From: Gammaproteobacteria bacterium
GTDB taxonomy: Bacteria > Pseudomonadota > Gammaproteobacteria > Pseudomonadales > Azotimanducaceae
Direction: 5' to 3'
NCBI GenBank assembly: GCA_028821405.1
Contig: JAPPGK010000117.1
Span: 7,398 to 71,397, forward strand
DNA: 64,000 nt
In this document: piece after piece, positions 1 through 9,143 of the stretch
Layout of the letters: each line of letters opens with the position of its first letter
How positions within the stretch are numbered: position 1 is the stretch's first letter
The notes under the pieces: generated by a model
Seen by the model: the letters and a program-made list of their open reading frames with translations, nothing else
The model's database searches: none
What the model was told of the DNA's origin: nothing
Program-made: the position numbers and the translations under genes

Positions 1-2209
1 CGAGCGGGTTGTGCGTACACGGCGTGACCGTGGTGTCCACCGTGAAGCTCGGCAGGTCGTCGGCCCGGGGCATGGTGTAGTCCATGTACGAGCCCGAGAG
101 GAGTTGCCCGGCGTCGTCGTAGACGCCGTGCTCCAAGAGCGCCTGGCCGATGCCCTGGGCGAGACCGCCGTGCACCTGGCCTTCGACGATCATGGGGTTC
201 ACGACGTGGCCGAAGTCGTCCACGGCCACGAAGTCGACGATGTCGACGACGCCGGTATCCGGATCGACCTCCACTTCGCAGATGTGCGCGCCGGCCGGGT
301 AGGTAAAGTTCGGCGGATCGTAGAACGCCTTCTCCGAGAGACCGGGTTCGAGTTCCTCCAGCGGGTAGTTCTGCGGGACATAGGCCGCAAACGCCACTTC
401 GCCGAAGGTAATGGACTGGTTGGAATCGACGACGGTGAAGGTCCCGTCGGCGAAGTCCATCTGGTCCTCCTGGGCCTCGAGTATGTGCGCGGCGATCTTC
501 TTGCCCTTGGCGATGATCTTGTCGGTGGCCTTGATGATGGCCGAGCCACCTACCGCCAGCGATCGCGAACCGTAGGTGCCGAGGGCGTAGTCGGAGCGTC
601 CGGTGTCGCCGTGCAGCACAGTGACGTTCTCGAACGGCACGCCGAGCTTGTCGGAGATGATCTGCGCGAAGGTCGTCTCGTGGCTCTGGCCGTGGCTGTG
701 CGATCCGGTGACCACCGTCACGGAACCCGTGACGTCGACGCGGACCTCGCCGACCTCGAACAGCCCGACCCCCGCACCGAGGGAAATCGCCACCTGGGAA
801 GGCGCGAGTCCGCAGGCCTCGATGTAGCAGGAGAACCCGATGCCGCGTTTCTTGCCGGCCGATTCCGAGGCCGCCCGCCGAGCGCCGAACCCGGCGTAGT
901 CGATGTGCCCGAGCGCCTTGTCGAGACTGGCCTCGTAGTCGCCGGTGTCGTAGGTGAGCGCCACGGGCGTGTCGTACGGGAAATCGCCGGGCTGGATGAA
1001 GTTCCGGCGACGGATCTCCGCCGGGTCGATGCCCATTTCCCGGGCCGCCGTTTCCACGCAACGCTCCACCACGTAGGTCGCCTCCGGCCGACCGGCACCG
1101 CGGTAGGCGTCGACCGGGGCGGTGTTGGTGTAGAGGGACTGCACCTCGACGTAGATCGCCGGCGTCGTGTATTGCCCCGCCATCAGCGTGCCGTACAGAT
1201 ACGTCGGCACCGACGAGGCGAAGGTCGAGAGATAGGCACCCATGTTGGCCTTGGTCTTGACCCGCAGACCGAGGAATTTGCCGTTCTGGTCCAGTGCCAG
1301 CTGGGCGGTCGTGACATGGTCACGTCCGTGCGCGTCCGCCAGGAATGACTCGGATCGTTCAGCGCGCCATTTCACCGGTCGACGCACCTTGCCCGCAGCC
1401 CAGATGACTGCTGTTTCCTCCGCGTAGACGAAGATCTTGGAACCGAAGCCGCCGCCCACGTCCGGGGAAATCACCCGAAGGCGCGCTTCCGGGGCGACGT
1501 TGACGAACGCCGCCAGCACAAGTCGTTCGAGGTGCGGGTTCTGCGACGTGGTGTGCAGCGTGTAGGTGCCCGCCGCGGCATCGTATTCGCCGAGCGCCGC
1601 ACGCGGCTCGATGGCGTTGGGGATCAAGCGGTTGTTGACGATATCCACCGTGGCGACGTGGTGGGCGCCGTCGAAGGCCGCGTCGGTGGCTGCCTTGTCG
1701 CCGAGTTCCCAATCGTAGGCCTGGTTGTTGGGAACGGATTCGTGGATCTGATCCGCTGATGCCGCAGTGGCCAGGTCCACGACGGCGGGACGTTCCTCGA
1801 AGTCCGCATCCACCGCTTCCGCGCCGTTCCTGGCGGCTTCCAGTGTCTCGCCGATGACCACCGCGTACGGTTCGCCGACGTAATTGACCGCTTCGGTCGC
1901 GATCGGCGGGTGGGGCGGCGCGACCATGTCTGAGCCGTCCTTCGACTTCACGAGCCAGCCGCAGGGCAGGTCGCCGATCTCGTCGGCGGCCAGATCGGCC
2001 CCGGTGAAGACCGCCACCACACCGTCCGTCGCCGCAGCCGCCGCGGTGTCGATGCCGTTGATCCTGGCGCGCGCGTAGGGCGAGCGAACGAAGACCGCGT
2101 GGGTCTGCCCGGGCGCGTTGATGTCGTCGGTGTAGTTCCCGGCGCCGGTGATGAAGCGGGCGTCCTCCTTGCGCTTGACGGAGGCGCCGATGCCTGTTTC
2201 TGATGCCAT
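1..2209 (-). CDS. Molybdopterin-binding large subunit of a CoxL/xanthine-dehydrogenase-family enzyme (form II CoxL-like); C-terminal end runs off the window
   Basis: Absent from the ORF track because there is no stop in the window. Reverse-strand ATG at 2209..2207 gives [50 protein letters not shown]. In-frame AYRGAGR motif encoded at 1108..1088. Lies directly downstream of coxS. Confidence 0.85.
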   Translation of the reverse strand, partial: MASETGIGASVKRKEDARFITGAGNYTDDINAPGQTHAVFVRSPYARARINGIDTAAAAATDGVVAVFTGADLAADEIGDLPCGWLVKSKDGSDMVAPPHPPIATEAVNYVGEPYAVVIGETLEAARNGAEAVDADFEERPAVVDLATAASADQIHESVPNNQAYDWELGDKAATDAAFDGAHHVATVDIVNNRLIPNAIEPRAALGEYDAAAGTYTLHTTSQNPHLERLVLAAFVNVAPEARLRVISPDVGGGFGSKIFVYAEETAVIWAAGKVRRPVKWRAERSESFLADAHGRDHVTTAQLALDQNGKFLGLRVKTKANMGAYLSTFASSVPTYLYGTLMAGQYTTPAIYVEVQSLYTNTAPVDAYRGAGRPEATYVVERCVETAAREMGIDPAEIRRRNFIQPGDFPYDTPVALTYDTGDYEASLDKALGHIDYAGFGARRAASESAGKKRGIGFSCYIEACGLAPSQVAISLGAGVGLFEVGEVRVDVTGSVTVVTGSHSHGQSHETTFAQIISDKLGVPFENVTVLHGDTGRSDYALGTYGSRSLAVGGSAIIKATDKIIAKGKKIAAHILEAQEDQMDFADGTFTVVDSNQSITFGEVAFAAYVPQNYPLEELEPGLSEKAFYDPPNFTYPAGAHICEVEVDPDTGVVDIVDFVAVDDFGHVVNPMIVEGQVHGGLAQGIGQALLEHGVYDDAGQLLSGSYMDYTMPRADDLPSFTVDTTVTPCTHNPL

Positions 2210-2221
2210 GGTCCCCTCCCC

Positions 2222-2683
<462 letters not shown>

Positions 2684-2734
2684 TGTCCTATCCCTCCGAA
2701 TGAAAGCACCAAGGAGTGATGCCGATTACAACCA

Positions 2735-3232
2735 TTACGCCGTGTCAAAGTCCACCTTGAAGCGTTCAAAAAACCGCGCCGCCGTCTTGCGGGCCGCCGC
2801 ATCCACCAAGCGGGAGCCGATCTGGGCCAGCTTGCCGCCGATATTGCCGTTGATCTCGTAGGTGAGCAGCGTCTCATCGCCGTCTTCCCCGGTGACATCC
2901 TCGAGGTTGACCAAGGCGCTGCCCTTGGCGAAGCCGGCGGCCCCGCCCTTGACCTCGACGTCGAGGCGATAGCTCTCGGGTTCGACCACATCATTGAGCG
3001 CGATCGCGGCCTTGAAGGTCGCCTTGACAGGTCCCACCTTGGCACCGACCTCGGCTTCGTATTCGCCATCGCCGACCGGCGTCATCGACTTGCAGCCGTC
3101 CAGGCAACGGGCGAGCACCTCGGGGTCGTTCAGCGCCCGCCAAACCCGGTCTCTCGGCTGCGCGATGCGACTCTCGCCGGCTTGTTCCACGCCTTCCCCC
3201 GGACGCGGCTCAACTCCGACTAACTCTCGCAC
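2735..3232 (-). CDS. coxG: CoxG-family SRPBCC protein (carbon monoxide dehydrogenase subunit G-like)
   Basis: ESRIAQPRDRVWRALNDPEVLARCLDGC...GGKLAQIGSRLVDAAARKTAARFFERF matches the CoxG pattern. Homologs start near GTG at 3190, so the N-terminus may be shorter than the track ORF. Confidence 0.8.
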   Translation of the reverse strand: MRELVGVEPRPGEGVEQAGESRIAQPRDRVWRALNDPEVLARCLDGCKSMTPVGDGEYEAEVGAKVGPVKATFKAAIALNDVVEPESYRLDVEVKGGAAGFAKGSALVNLEDVTGEDGDETLLTYEINGNIGGKLAQIGSRLVDAAARKTAARFFERFKVDFDTA

Positions 3233-3288
3233 AATCCGCCGACACGGGGAACTGCTAGCATGGTTCGGCTGGCAGGAGGGGGAACTGC

Positions 3289-4839
3289 ATGGGTGAGGTG
3301 ATTCCGGGGGCGGATCGACGCCCGTTGACCACGTTCAACTACGTCTCCTACGGCGCACCGGCCGCTCCGTTGGCGCTTGCGGGCTTACCCCTGGCCGTCT
3401 ACCTGCCGGTGATCTACGCCGACTCCGACGGTTTCGGCCTGTCGCTGGCGACCGTGGGCCTCTTGATCGGCCTGTCGCGGTTCTCCGACGTATTCACCGA
3501 CCCGCTCATCGGGTACCTGTCCGACAAGTGGAAGACGCGCTGGGGTCGCCGCAAGCCCTGGGTCCTGGTCGGCACCCCGATCTTCGCGTTGGGCATGTGG
3601 TTCATGTTCATGCCGCCGTTCGAGTTCAGCGACATCACGTTGTTCGGGGCGACGTTCTCGAATGGCTACCTCTGGCTCGTGGCCATGCTCACGTTGTTCT
3701 TCGTCGGATCGACCATCAAGGATCTGCCCTTCTCGGCGTGGGGCGCGGAGTTGTCGAGCAACTACCACGAACGCACGCTGATCATGAGCTGGAAGGAGGG
3801 ATTCAGCGTCGCCGGATCCCTGGTGTCGTCGTTCATTCCCCTCGCGGTCCTGTTCTTCGGGCAGGTCAAGCCCAGCGACGCCGTGTACATCCTGGTACTC
3901 GGGATGTGCATCGCGATGCCGATCCTGAACCTCAACTGCCTGATCGGTGTGCCCGAATGGCGTGTCGTTGAGCGCAAGGAGCGGATCGGTCTGATGGAGG
4001 GTCTGCGGATCGTCGTCAAGAACAAGCCCTATGTGATCCTGGTCGTGGTGTTTGCGTTCGGCGCCATCGGTTCCGCCATGACCAACAGCCTGTCGCTCTT
4101 CTTCGTCAAGCACGTCATGCTGGTCGGCGAACTCTACGGCGCCTATCTCGCGCCCTACTTCGTCTGCCAGTTGGCCGCCATTCCCCTGTGGTTCAAGCTG
4201 TCGCGCCGCATCGGCAAGCACAAGGCGACGATGTGGGCCGTCGGCTGGTACGCGCTGTGGTCGTCCTTCATCCCGCTCGTCATGATTGCGCCATCCGAGT
4301 GGTTCGCGATCTTCGAGGTGCAGAGATACATCGGTTTCACGACCGCCGAGTTTCAAGCCGAGGCCCGGCCCTACCTCGAAGGCGTCGAGACCGGCAAGCT
4401 GCCGGTATATCTCGTGGTCATGTGCCTCAAGGGTTCCGCCATCGGCGCGTTGTCGGCGCTGCCGTTCGCCATGTGCGCCGACGTGATCGACATCGACACC
4501 GCCGAGACCGGCCAACGCCGCGCCGGCGCCTACATGGCGATCTGGTCGATGGTCAAGAAGGGCGCCTACGCACTCGGTACCATGATCGGCCTGCTGCTCG
4601 TCGTCTACTGGGGTTTCGACTCGCTGGCCGAGCCGCGGGGGACTACCAACACCGAGTTCTCGCTGCTCATGCTGGCCTGCACCTATTCGGTGCTGCCGGC
4701 GATCTTCAAGTTCGTCGGCATGCCGCTGTTGTGGATCTACCCGCTCACCGAGGAGAAGCTCCGCGAGGTGCAGGCGCAGATACGCTTGAAACACGGCGTT
4801 GGCGGCGGGGAAGGATTGGCCACGATGCCGGCCCGTTAG
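3289..4839 (+). CDS. MFS transporter, glycoside-pentoside-hexuronide (GPH) cation symporter family
   Basis: 516 aa polytopic protein. RFSDVFTDPLIGYLSDKWKTRWGRRKPW is the GPH/MelB-type signature loop. About 12 hydrophobic segments. Confidence 0.85.
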   Translation: MGEVIPGADRRPLTTFNYVSYGAPAAPLALAGLPLAVYLPVIYADSDGFGLSLATVGLLIGLSRFSDVFTDPLIGYLSDKWKTRWGRRKPWVLVGTPIFALGMWFMFMPPFEFSDITLFGATFSNGYLWLVAMLTLFFVGSTIKDLPFSAWGAELSSNYHERTLIMSWKEGFSVAGSLVSSFIPLAVLFFGQVKPSDAVYILVLGMCIAMPILNLNCLIGVPEWRVVERKERIGLMEGLRIVVKNKPYVILVVVFAFGAIGSAMTNSLSLFFVKHVMLVGELYGAYLAPYFVCQLAAIPLWFKLSRRIGKHKATMWAVGWYALWSSFIPLVMIAPSEWFAIFEVQRYIGFTTAEFQAEARPYLEGVETGKLPVYLVVMCLKGSAIGALSALPFAMCADVIDIDTAETGQRRAGAYMAIWSMVKKGAYALGTMIGLLLVVYWGFDSLAEPRGTTNTEFSLLMLACTYSVLPAIFKFVGMPLLWIYPLTEEKLREVQAQIRLKHGVGGGEGLATMPAR

Positions 4840-5206
4840 CGTCGTCGCTTTGGCGAGCTTTTCGGCCTGGAGGAATACACAGCAAGCTGGATGGAACAAA
4901 CGCGTCTTCCTTCCGTCCGTGTCCCTAAAGTCCGATTCGAGAAACCGACGACGCGGGTTCACCGACGGCCACGGTCAGACGTTGCCAGGCGCATCGCATC
5001 GTCAATAGTGCTGTTTCGGACACGAGCATCTCGGATCCGAACACTTGCTCGCGACGCTGCTCAGACCGAGGAGGCATGCCGTAGGGGCGACCCCTTGCGG
5101 CCGCACGACCGACCGAACAGTGCGCGCTTTTCTTACTCCGCGGGCGAGGACAAGCCTCGCACCTATGAGGTCTCGCAACGCAGCCCGACCGTCAAGCGTC
5201 AACCTA

Positions 5207-6421
5207 CTAGCCGGTCGCACGCCGGCATTGGCGAGCGACGACGCTTTCGATCCGCTGCAGTGCCGGCGTCGCCCCGTAGCGCCGTTCGAATGCCGATCGG
5301 ACAAGAGGAAGACTGTGGCGGATGCGTTCCGCCATAGCTCCGACACGCCCGTGCAGGAAGCGCGGCCGCACACCGCATTCGTCCGCGAGCGCACGCCAGT
5401 GGGTCGAGGTGATCTGGCCCGGGTCTGTCTCTCCCCCGATACCCATCGCCAACCGGCGGTCGATACGCGCTACCGCCCGCGTACAGACGAGATCGTAGAA
5501 CGGCGCCAGTCGAACCGAGCGGCCGGTGTAGAGCAGCGCCAGATTCTTGGCATGGCCGTCCGAGTTGCCCGCGAGCCAGTTGAACGCCTGCCAGTTCAGT
5601 AGACGTTCGATGTCGATGACGGGGTCGGTAACGGTATCGCGCAACAGGCGGACGCAATCGGCAAGGGAAGGACCACCGTCGGACTCGTATTTCCGTTCCG
5701 AGCCCAATCCCAGTGCCTGGCAGAAGTCCTCCTGATGCAGCCGTCGGATGCCACCGTATTCCGCAACGCGGTCGAATCGTGCAACCTCGACGTAGCGCCG
5801 ACCTCCGACTTCCCGCAATTCGACGTCCGCCGCCTCCAAACCCACGGCCTTTGCGAGGGCCGTCGTGAATGTCTCGTAGGCCGGAACATTCCGGAAGTCG
5901 GCCACTTCGAACTTCAGGATGTGGGTGCTCGGCGCGTCCTTGACGGGCAGGAAGTACTGACCGTCGCGCAGCAACACCGGGCACTTGTGCTGGGCACCGG
6001 CCAAGGACAACCGCGGGCGTTCGCGCGATTCGTCGCCATGCAGGTCGCCTCGCCGTGCCGCAAGGTCTGCTAGTTCGTCATCGAGCATTGGGCGGTACTC
6101 GTTCCCCCCGTTCGCGACCGGCGGCGAATCCAACGCCGTAAGCGCGATCGCGCCCGCACACTCACCGCCGATGGCACGAAGGAGGTCGAAATCGGTATTT
6201 GGAATTCGCAAGGTACGGACGATTCGTTCGCGCGCCTCGCCCTCGGGCAACAGGTTGGCGAAGAAACGATGCGCCGCGCCATGACTCGCGCGAAAAGAAG
6301 CATCCGTGAGAGGCAACGAGCACGAGATTGCGAATCCGCGCCGAACCCACCGCCGGGAATACTCGAAACCGATTCGACCGGCGTCGTCGCGATGCAGCCG
6401 ACCGACCGACTGCGCACTCAA
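5207..6421 (-). CDS. hipA: HipA-family serine/threonine kinase toxin (type II TA)
   Basis: 404 aa from TTG. GRIGFEYSRRWV...SLPL...FFANLLPEGEAR...SLAGAQHKCPV...NSDGHAKN are HipA N- and C-domain motifs. Conserved coding (DIDALDVWYRRTG) continues upstream to about 6457 without a canonical start. Confidence 0.88.
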   Translation of the reverse strand: MSAQSVGRLHRDDAGRIGFEYSRRWVRRGFAISCSLPLTDASFRASHGAAHRFFANLLPEGEARERIVRTLRIPNTDFDLLRAIGGECAGAIALTALDSPPVANGGNEYRPMLDDELADLAARRGDLHGDESRERPRLSLAGAQHKCPVLLRDGQYFLPVKDAPSTHILKFEVADFRNVPAYETFTTALAKAVGLEAADVELREVGGRRYVEVARFDRVAEYGGIRRLHQEDFCQALGLGSERKYESDGGPSLADCVRLLRDTVTDPVIDIERLLNWQAFNWLAGNSDGHAKNLALLYTGRSVRLAPFYDLVCTRAVARIDRRLAMGIGGETDPGQITSTHWRALADECGVRPRFLHGRVGAMAERIRHSLPLVRSAFERRYGATPALQRIESVVARQCRRATG

Positions 6422-6458
6422 GCCGGTGCGCCGATACCAGACGTCAAGGGCGTCGATG

Positions 6459-6767
6459 TCACGCCCCTCCGGGGTGCCTGGTTTCCACGTTGTTCGAAGT
6501 ATCTTCGGACTCCTCGACCAGCGGCTTCATCTGCCGCGGCTCGACGACCATTTCGAGACCCAGAGCAGCAAGCGCTGCCATCGCCTTTCCGAGCTCCGCC
6601 GTGTCTTTGCCGCGCTCAAGTTCGGAAAGGAACCGCATGCTGAAACCCCCGATGGCCGAAACGGTCTCCAGATTGAGCGAGCGTTCCTTGCGGTGCGCCC
6701 GAACCAAGCTGCCCAGTTCCGTTGCGCTGCGAACAACGCCGTGACGTGTCCTAGTCTCTTTCGTCAT
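6459..6767 (-). CDS. hipB: HipB-like XRE-family HTH antitoxin
   Basis: 102 aa. LGSLVRAHRKERSLNLETVSAIGGFSMRFLSELERGK is an XRE helix-turn-helix. Sits immediately upstream of hipA on the same strand. Confidence 0.85.
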   Translation of the reverse strand: MTKETRTRHGVVRSATELGSLVRAHRKERSLNLETVSAIGGFSMRFLSELERGKDTAELGKAMAALAALGLEMVVEPRQMKPLVEESEDTSNNVETRHPGGA

Positions 6768-6776
6768 CGTGGCGGT

Positions 6777-6845
6777 ATTTTACCGTACGGGAAAACCACA
6801 TGCGATCACCTCGGCAAGCCATGGGGTTTTCCCGTACGGTAAAAT
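6777..6845. promoter_or_regulatory. Paired operator-like inverted repeat upstream of hipB
   Basis: ATTTTACCGTACGGGAAAACC (6777..6797) and its exact reverse complement GGTTTTCCCGTACGGTAAAAT (6825..6845) are 27 bp apart. Each arm is itself a near-palindrome around CCGTACGG. The first arm begins 10 bp upstream of the hipB start. Confidence 0.6.
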
Positions 6846-6992
6846 TAGAACGCGAAGGCCTAGGATGTTCGGCCGACGCAACGAAACAAAACTGTCCGGT
6901 TCCGAACAAGCGCGTCTCGAATCCGAACGCCATCACTGCCAAAACAGGCGCACGCGCCTAGGGAAGACGCCGCCCGAGCGACACGGACCCGT

Positions 6993-7007
6993 TGGCACAT
7001 GTCTTGC
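6993..7007 (+). promoter_or_regulatory. Sigma54 (-24/-12) promoter upstream of the adaptor/ATPase/ADOP operon
   Basis: TGGCAC-ATGTC-TTGC is an exact match to the TGGCAC-N5-TTGC consensus with correct GG-N10-GC spacing. Located 20-150 nt upstream of the candidate starts of the HlyD-family gene. Confidence 0.65.
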
Positions 7008-7026
7008 CCCAAGTTACGTGAGTTGA

Positions 7027-8415
7027 GTGGCAATCACTTGCACAACGGACGGGCAAATGGCCGTGGCCAAGCGTATTGCGGGGGGCGACAACGAAACTGG
7101 GTCGGACGCGGCGGACATACGCCACATCCGGCTCCACGCCGAGGGTGCGCGGTCGCCGATGGACGTGCCCCGTCCTCAAGGCAGACGCCGCGTTGGGAAG
7201 CTCGTCGCTGCGGCCGTCGGTGTTGTCGGCCTCGCCGCCGTCACCGCCTACGTGGCGACCCTGGGACCGGCGCTCCCGACCGTGCAGGCGGACACGGTCT
7301 GGATGGACACCGTGGCTCACGGCGAATTCGTGCGCGACGTTCGGGGACCCGGTACGTTGGTCCCCGTGCGGCGGCGCTGGATCACCGCGCTAACGGCGGG
7401 GCGCGTCGACGAGATATTGGTCGAGCCCGGCGCCGAAGTGACCGCGACGACGGCCCTTTACCGATTGTCGAACCCCGATGTCGAGGTTCAACTGCTGACC
7501 GTGCGCCAACAGCTATCGGATGCCGAAGCGGAACTCGTGACCTTGGCGTCGAACGTCGAGTCGAATGAACTGGCCCAGAAAGCGCTGATCGCCCAGGTGC
7601 GCACGCAGTATCTCGAAGCCACGCACCGCGACGAGATGAACCGCGAACTCAATGCCAAGAACCCGGGCCTTGTGGCCGAATTCGACCTTGCGCGTGGCCG
7701 GGAACTTGTGGCGGAGCTGGACAACCGCCTCGCCATCGAGACCCGCCGACTCGATGTGCTCGCCGACTCGGCGGACGAGCAGCTGTCGGCGCAGCGCACC
7801 CAGGTCGGGCGCCTGCGCTCGATCGTCCGCTTCAACGAGGAACGGGCCAGGGCGCTCGTCGTGCGTTCGGGCATCGACGGGGTTCTCGCCGAGTCGGGGG
7901 TCGAGGAGGGACAGTGGATTAACGCCGGGGAGACCATGGGCCGCGTGGTCCAGCCGGGTCGCCTCAAGGCGGAACTGCGCGTGCCGCAGAACCGCGCGGG
8001 AGACTTGGCGATCGGCCAGGCGGCCGAGATCGACACGCGCAACGGGATGATCGACGGCAGCGTCAGCCGCATCGATCCCGCGGTACGAGATGGCACGATC
8101 ACGGTGGACGTCTCTCTCGCTTCCGATCTACCGGCGGGCGCCCGGCCGAACATGAGCGTCGATGGCACGGTCGTACTGGAACGCTTAGACGACATCACCT
8201 ATGTCGGCCGACCGGCCAACGCCCGGGCGCACGAGCGAGTGGGCCTCTACCGACTCGACGATGGCGGCGAAGTTGCCCGGCGCGTGAGCGTCAAGCTCGG
8301 ACGCGTATCGGCGAACCACGTCGAGGTTCTAGAAGGCCTGCGGCCCGGAGACCGCGTGGTGCTGTCGGGGTTGTCGGCGTTGGACGAGCACGACGCCGTG
8401 CGGATAGAACGGTGA
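7027..8415 (+). CDS. HlyD/MacA-family periplasmic adaptor (membrane fusion protein)
   Basis: Single N-terminal TM (VGKLVAAAVGVVGLAAVTAYV), a long coiled-coil region and a C-terminal beta-barrel pattern (GMIDGSVSRIDPAV...VSVKLGRVSANHVEVLEGLRPGDRVVL). The true start is probably ATG 7057 or 7159. Confidence 0.85.
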   Translation: MAITCTTDGQMAVAKRIAGGDNETGSDAADIRHIRLHAEGARSPMDVPRPQGRRRVGKLVAAAVGVVGLAAVTAYVATLGPALPTVQADTVWMDTVAHGEFVRDVRGPGTLVPVRRRWITALTAGRVDEILVEPGAEVTATTALYRLSNPDVEVQLLTVRQQLSDAEAELVTLASNVESNELAQKALIAQVRTQYLEATHRDEMNRELNAKNPGLVAEFDLARGRELVAELDNRLAIETRRLDVLADSADEQLSAQRTQVGRLRSIVRFNEERARALVVRSGIDGVLAESGVEEGQWINAGETMGRVVQPGRLKAELRVPQNRAGDLAIGQAAEIDTRNGMIDGSVSRIDPAVRDGTITVDVSLASDLPAGARPNMSVDGTVVLERLDDITYVGRPANARAHERVGLYRLDDGGEVARRVSVKLGRVSANHVEVLEGLRPGDRVVLSGLSALDEHDAVRIER

Positions 8416-8447
8416 ACCCATGAAGATCCAAACAACGGAGGCACGGC

Positions 8448-9143
8448 ATGGACGAGGCTGAACAGACGCTCATCCGTCTGCGCGACCTGCACAAGGTCTA
8501 CTACACGGACGAACTGGAGACACACGCCCTGTTCGACGTGGACTTGGACATCGAGCGCGGGGATTTCGTCTCGGTGGCGGGACCCTCGGGATGCGGCAAG
8601 TCGACGCTCTTGGGGATCATCGGCCTGCTGGACAACGCCAGCGGCGGCCAGTACGACCTCGACGGCAACCCGGTGCATGCGCTCGGCGCATCGGAACGGG
8701 CCCGCATCCGCAACGAGGCCATCGGGTTCATCTTCCAGGCCTTCAACCTGATCGGCGACCTCACGGTCTACGAGAACGTGGAACTGCCGTTGGTCTACCG
8801 GGGTACGCCAGGACCAAAACGCCGGGATCGCGTCGAACACGCGTTGGAGCGGGTGGGCATGGTTCATCGCGCCAAGCACTTCCCGGCGCAGCTCTCCGGC
8901 GGCCAGCAGCAGCGCGTCGCCGTCGCCCGTGCCATCGTCGGCGATCCGTTGATCCTGCTTGCCGACGAACCCACCGGCAACCTCGACTCCGCCAACGGCC
9001 AAGCCGTGATGGATCTGCTGGCGGAACTTCATGCCGGCGGGTCGACGGTCTGCATGGTCACCCACGATCCGCGCTACGCGAGCATGGCGGCTCGCACCGT
9101 CCACCTGCTCGACGGGAGAATCGTCGACGAAGTCGAGGCGTGA
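8448..9143 (+). CDS. ABC transporter ATP-binding protein (MacB/LolD-type NBD, stand-alone)
   Basis: 231 aa. Walker [10 protein letters not shown], signature [14 protein letters not shown], Walker [10 protein letters not shown]. Confidence 0.93.
   Translation: MDEAEQTLIRLRDLHKVYYTDELETHALFDVDLDIERGDFVSVAGPSGCGKSTLLGIIGLLDNASGGQYDLDGNPVHALGASERARIRNEAIGFIFQAFNLIGDLTVYENVELPLVYRGTPGPKRRDRVEHALERVGMVHRAKHFPAQLSGGQQQRVAVARAIVGDPLILLADEPTGNLDSANGQAVMDLLAELHAGGSTVCMVTHDPRYASMAARTVHLLDGRIVDEVEA

Noticed and set aside
11-1348. Long plus-strand ORF (445 aa) covering the left end of the window.
   Set aside because: Arg/Gly/Val/His-rich low-complexity translation with no recognisable motifs. It is antisense to the well-supported CoxL-type gene, so it is a typical shadow ORF of high-GC DNA.
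3385-4962. 525-aa minus-strand ORF opposite the MFS transporter. Similar long antisense or out-of-frame ORFs occur at 16458..18803, 23240..25252, 25991..27127, 27824..29398, 30920..32671, 35377..37032, 40563..42200, 43388..45823 and 55276..56889.
   Set aside because: All overlap genes with clear family signatures on the other strand or frame. All translate to R/G/A/P/D-rich sequence without motifs. They are GC-driven absence of stop codons, not genes.
4840-5206. 366-bp gap downstream of both the MFS gene and hipA, with small hairpins (GCGAGG-acaag-CCTCGC near 5140..5160) and ORF 4891..5337.
   Set aside because: The hairpins lack U-tracts, and the ORF is R/S/P-rich and overlaps the hipA 3' end. 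There is no convincing terminator or gene.
6905-6930. TCTCGAATCCGAAC, resembling a tRNA T-arm (GGTTCGAATCC).
   Set aside because: No acceptor stem, D-arm or anticodon arm can be folded from the flanking sequence. It is more plausibly part of the repeated CCGAAC enhancer-like elements.
7028-7041. Second sigma54-like motif, TGGCAATCACTTGC, 20 bp downstream of the consensus site.
   Set aside because: The GG-to-GC spacing is 9 rather than 10 nt, and it overlaps the earliest candidate start codon. Kept only as a note under the main promoter finding.
8591-9139. 5' extension of the ADOP permease ORF (track ORF 8591..11653). Similar 5' extensions occur at 28345..29379, 46148..47419, 25556..25870, 21792..21893 and 54270..55454.
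   Set aside because: The extensions overlap the preceding, well-supported genes in another frame and translate to low-complexity R/P-rich sequence. Internal starts coupled to the upstream stop codons (GTGA/ATGA overlaps) fit homolog N-termini.
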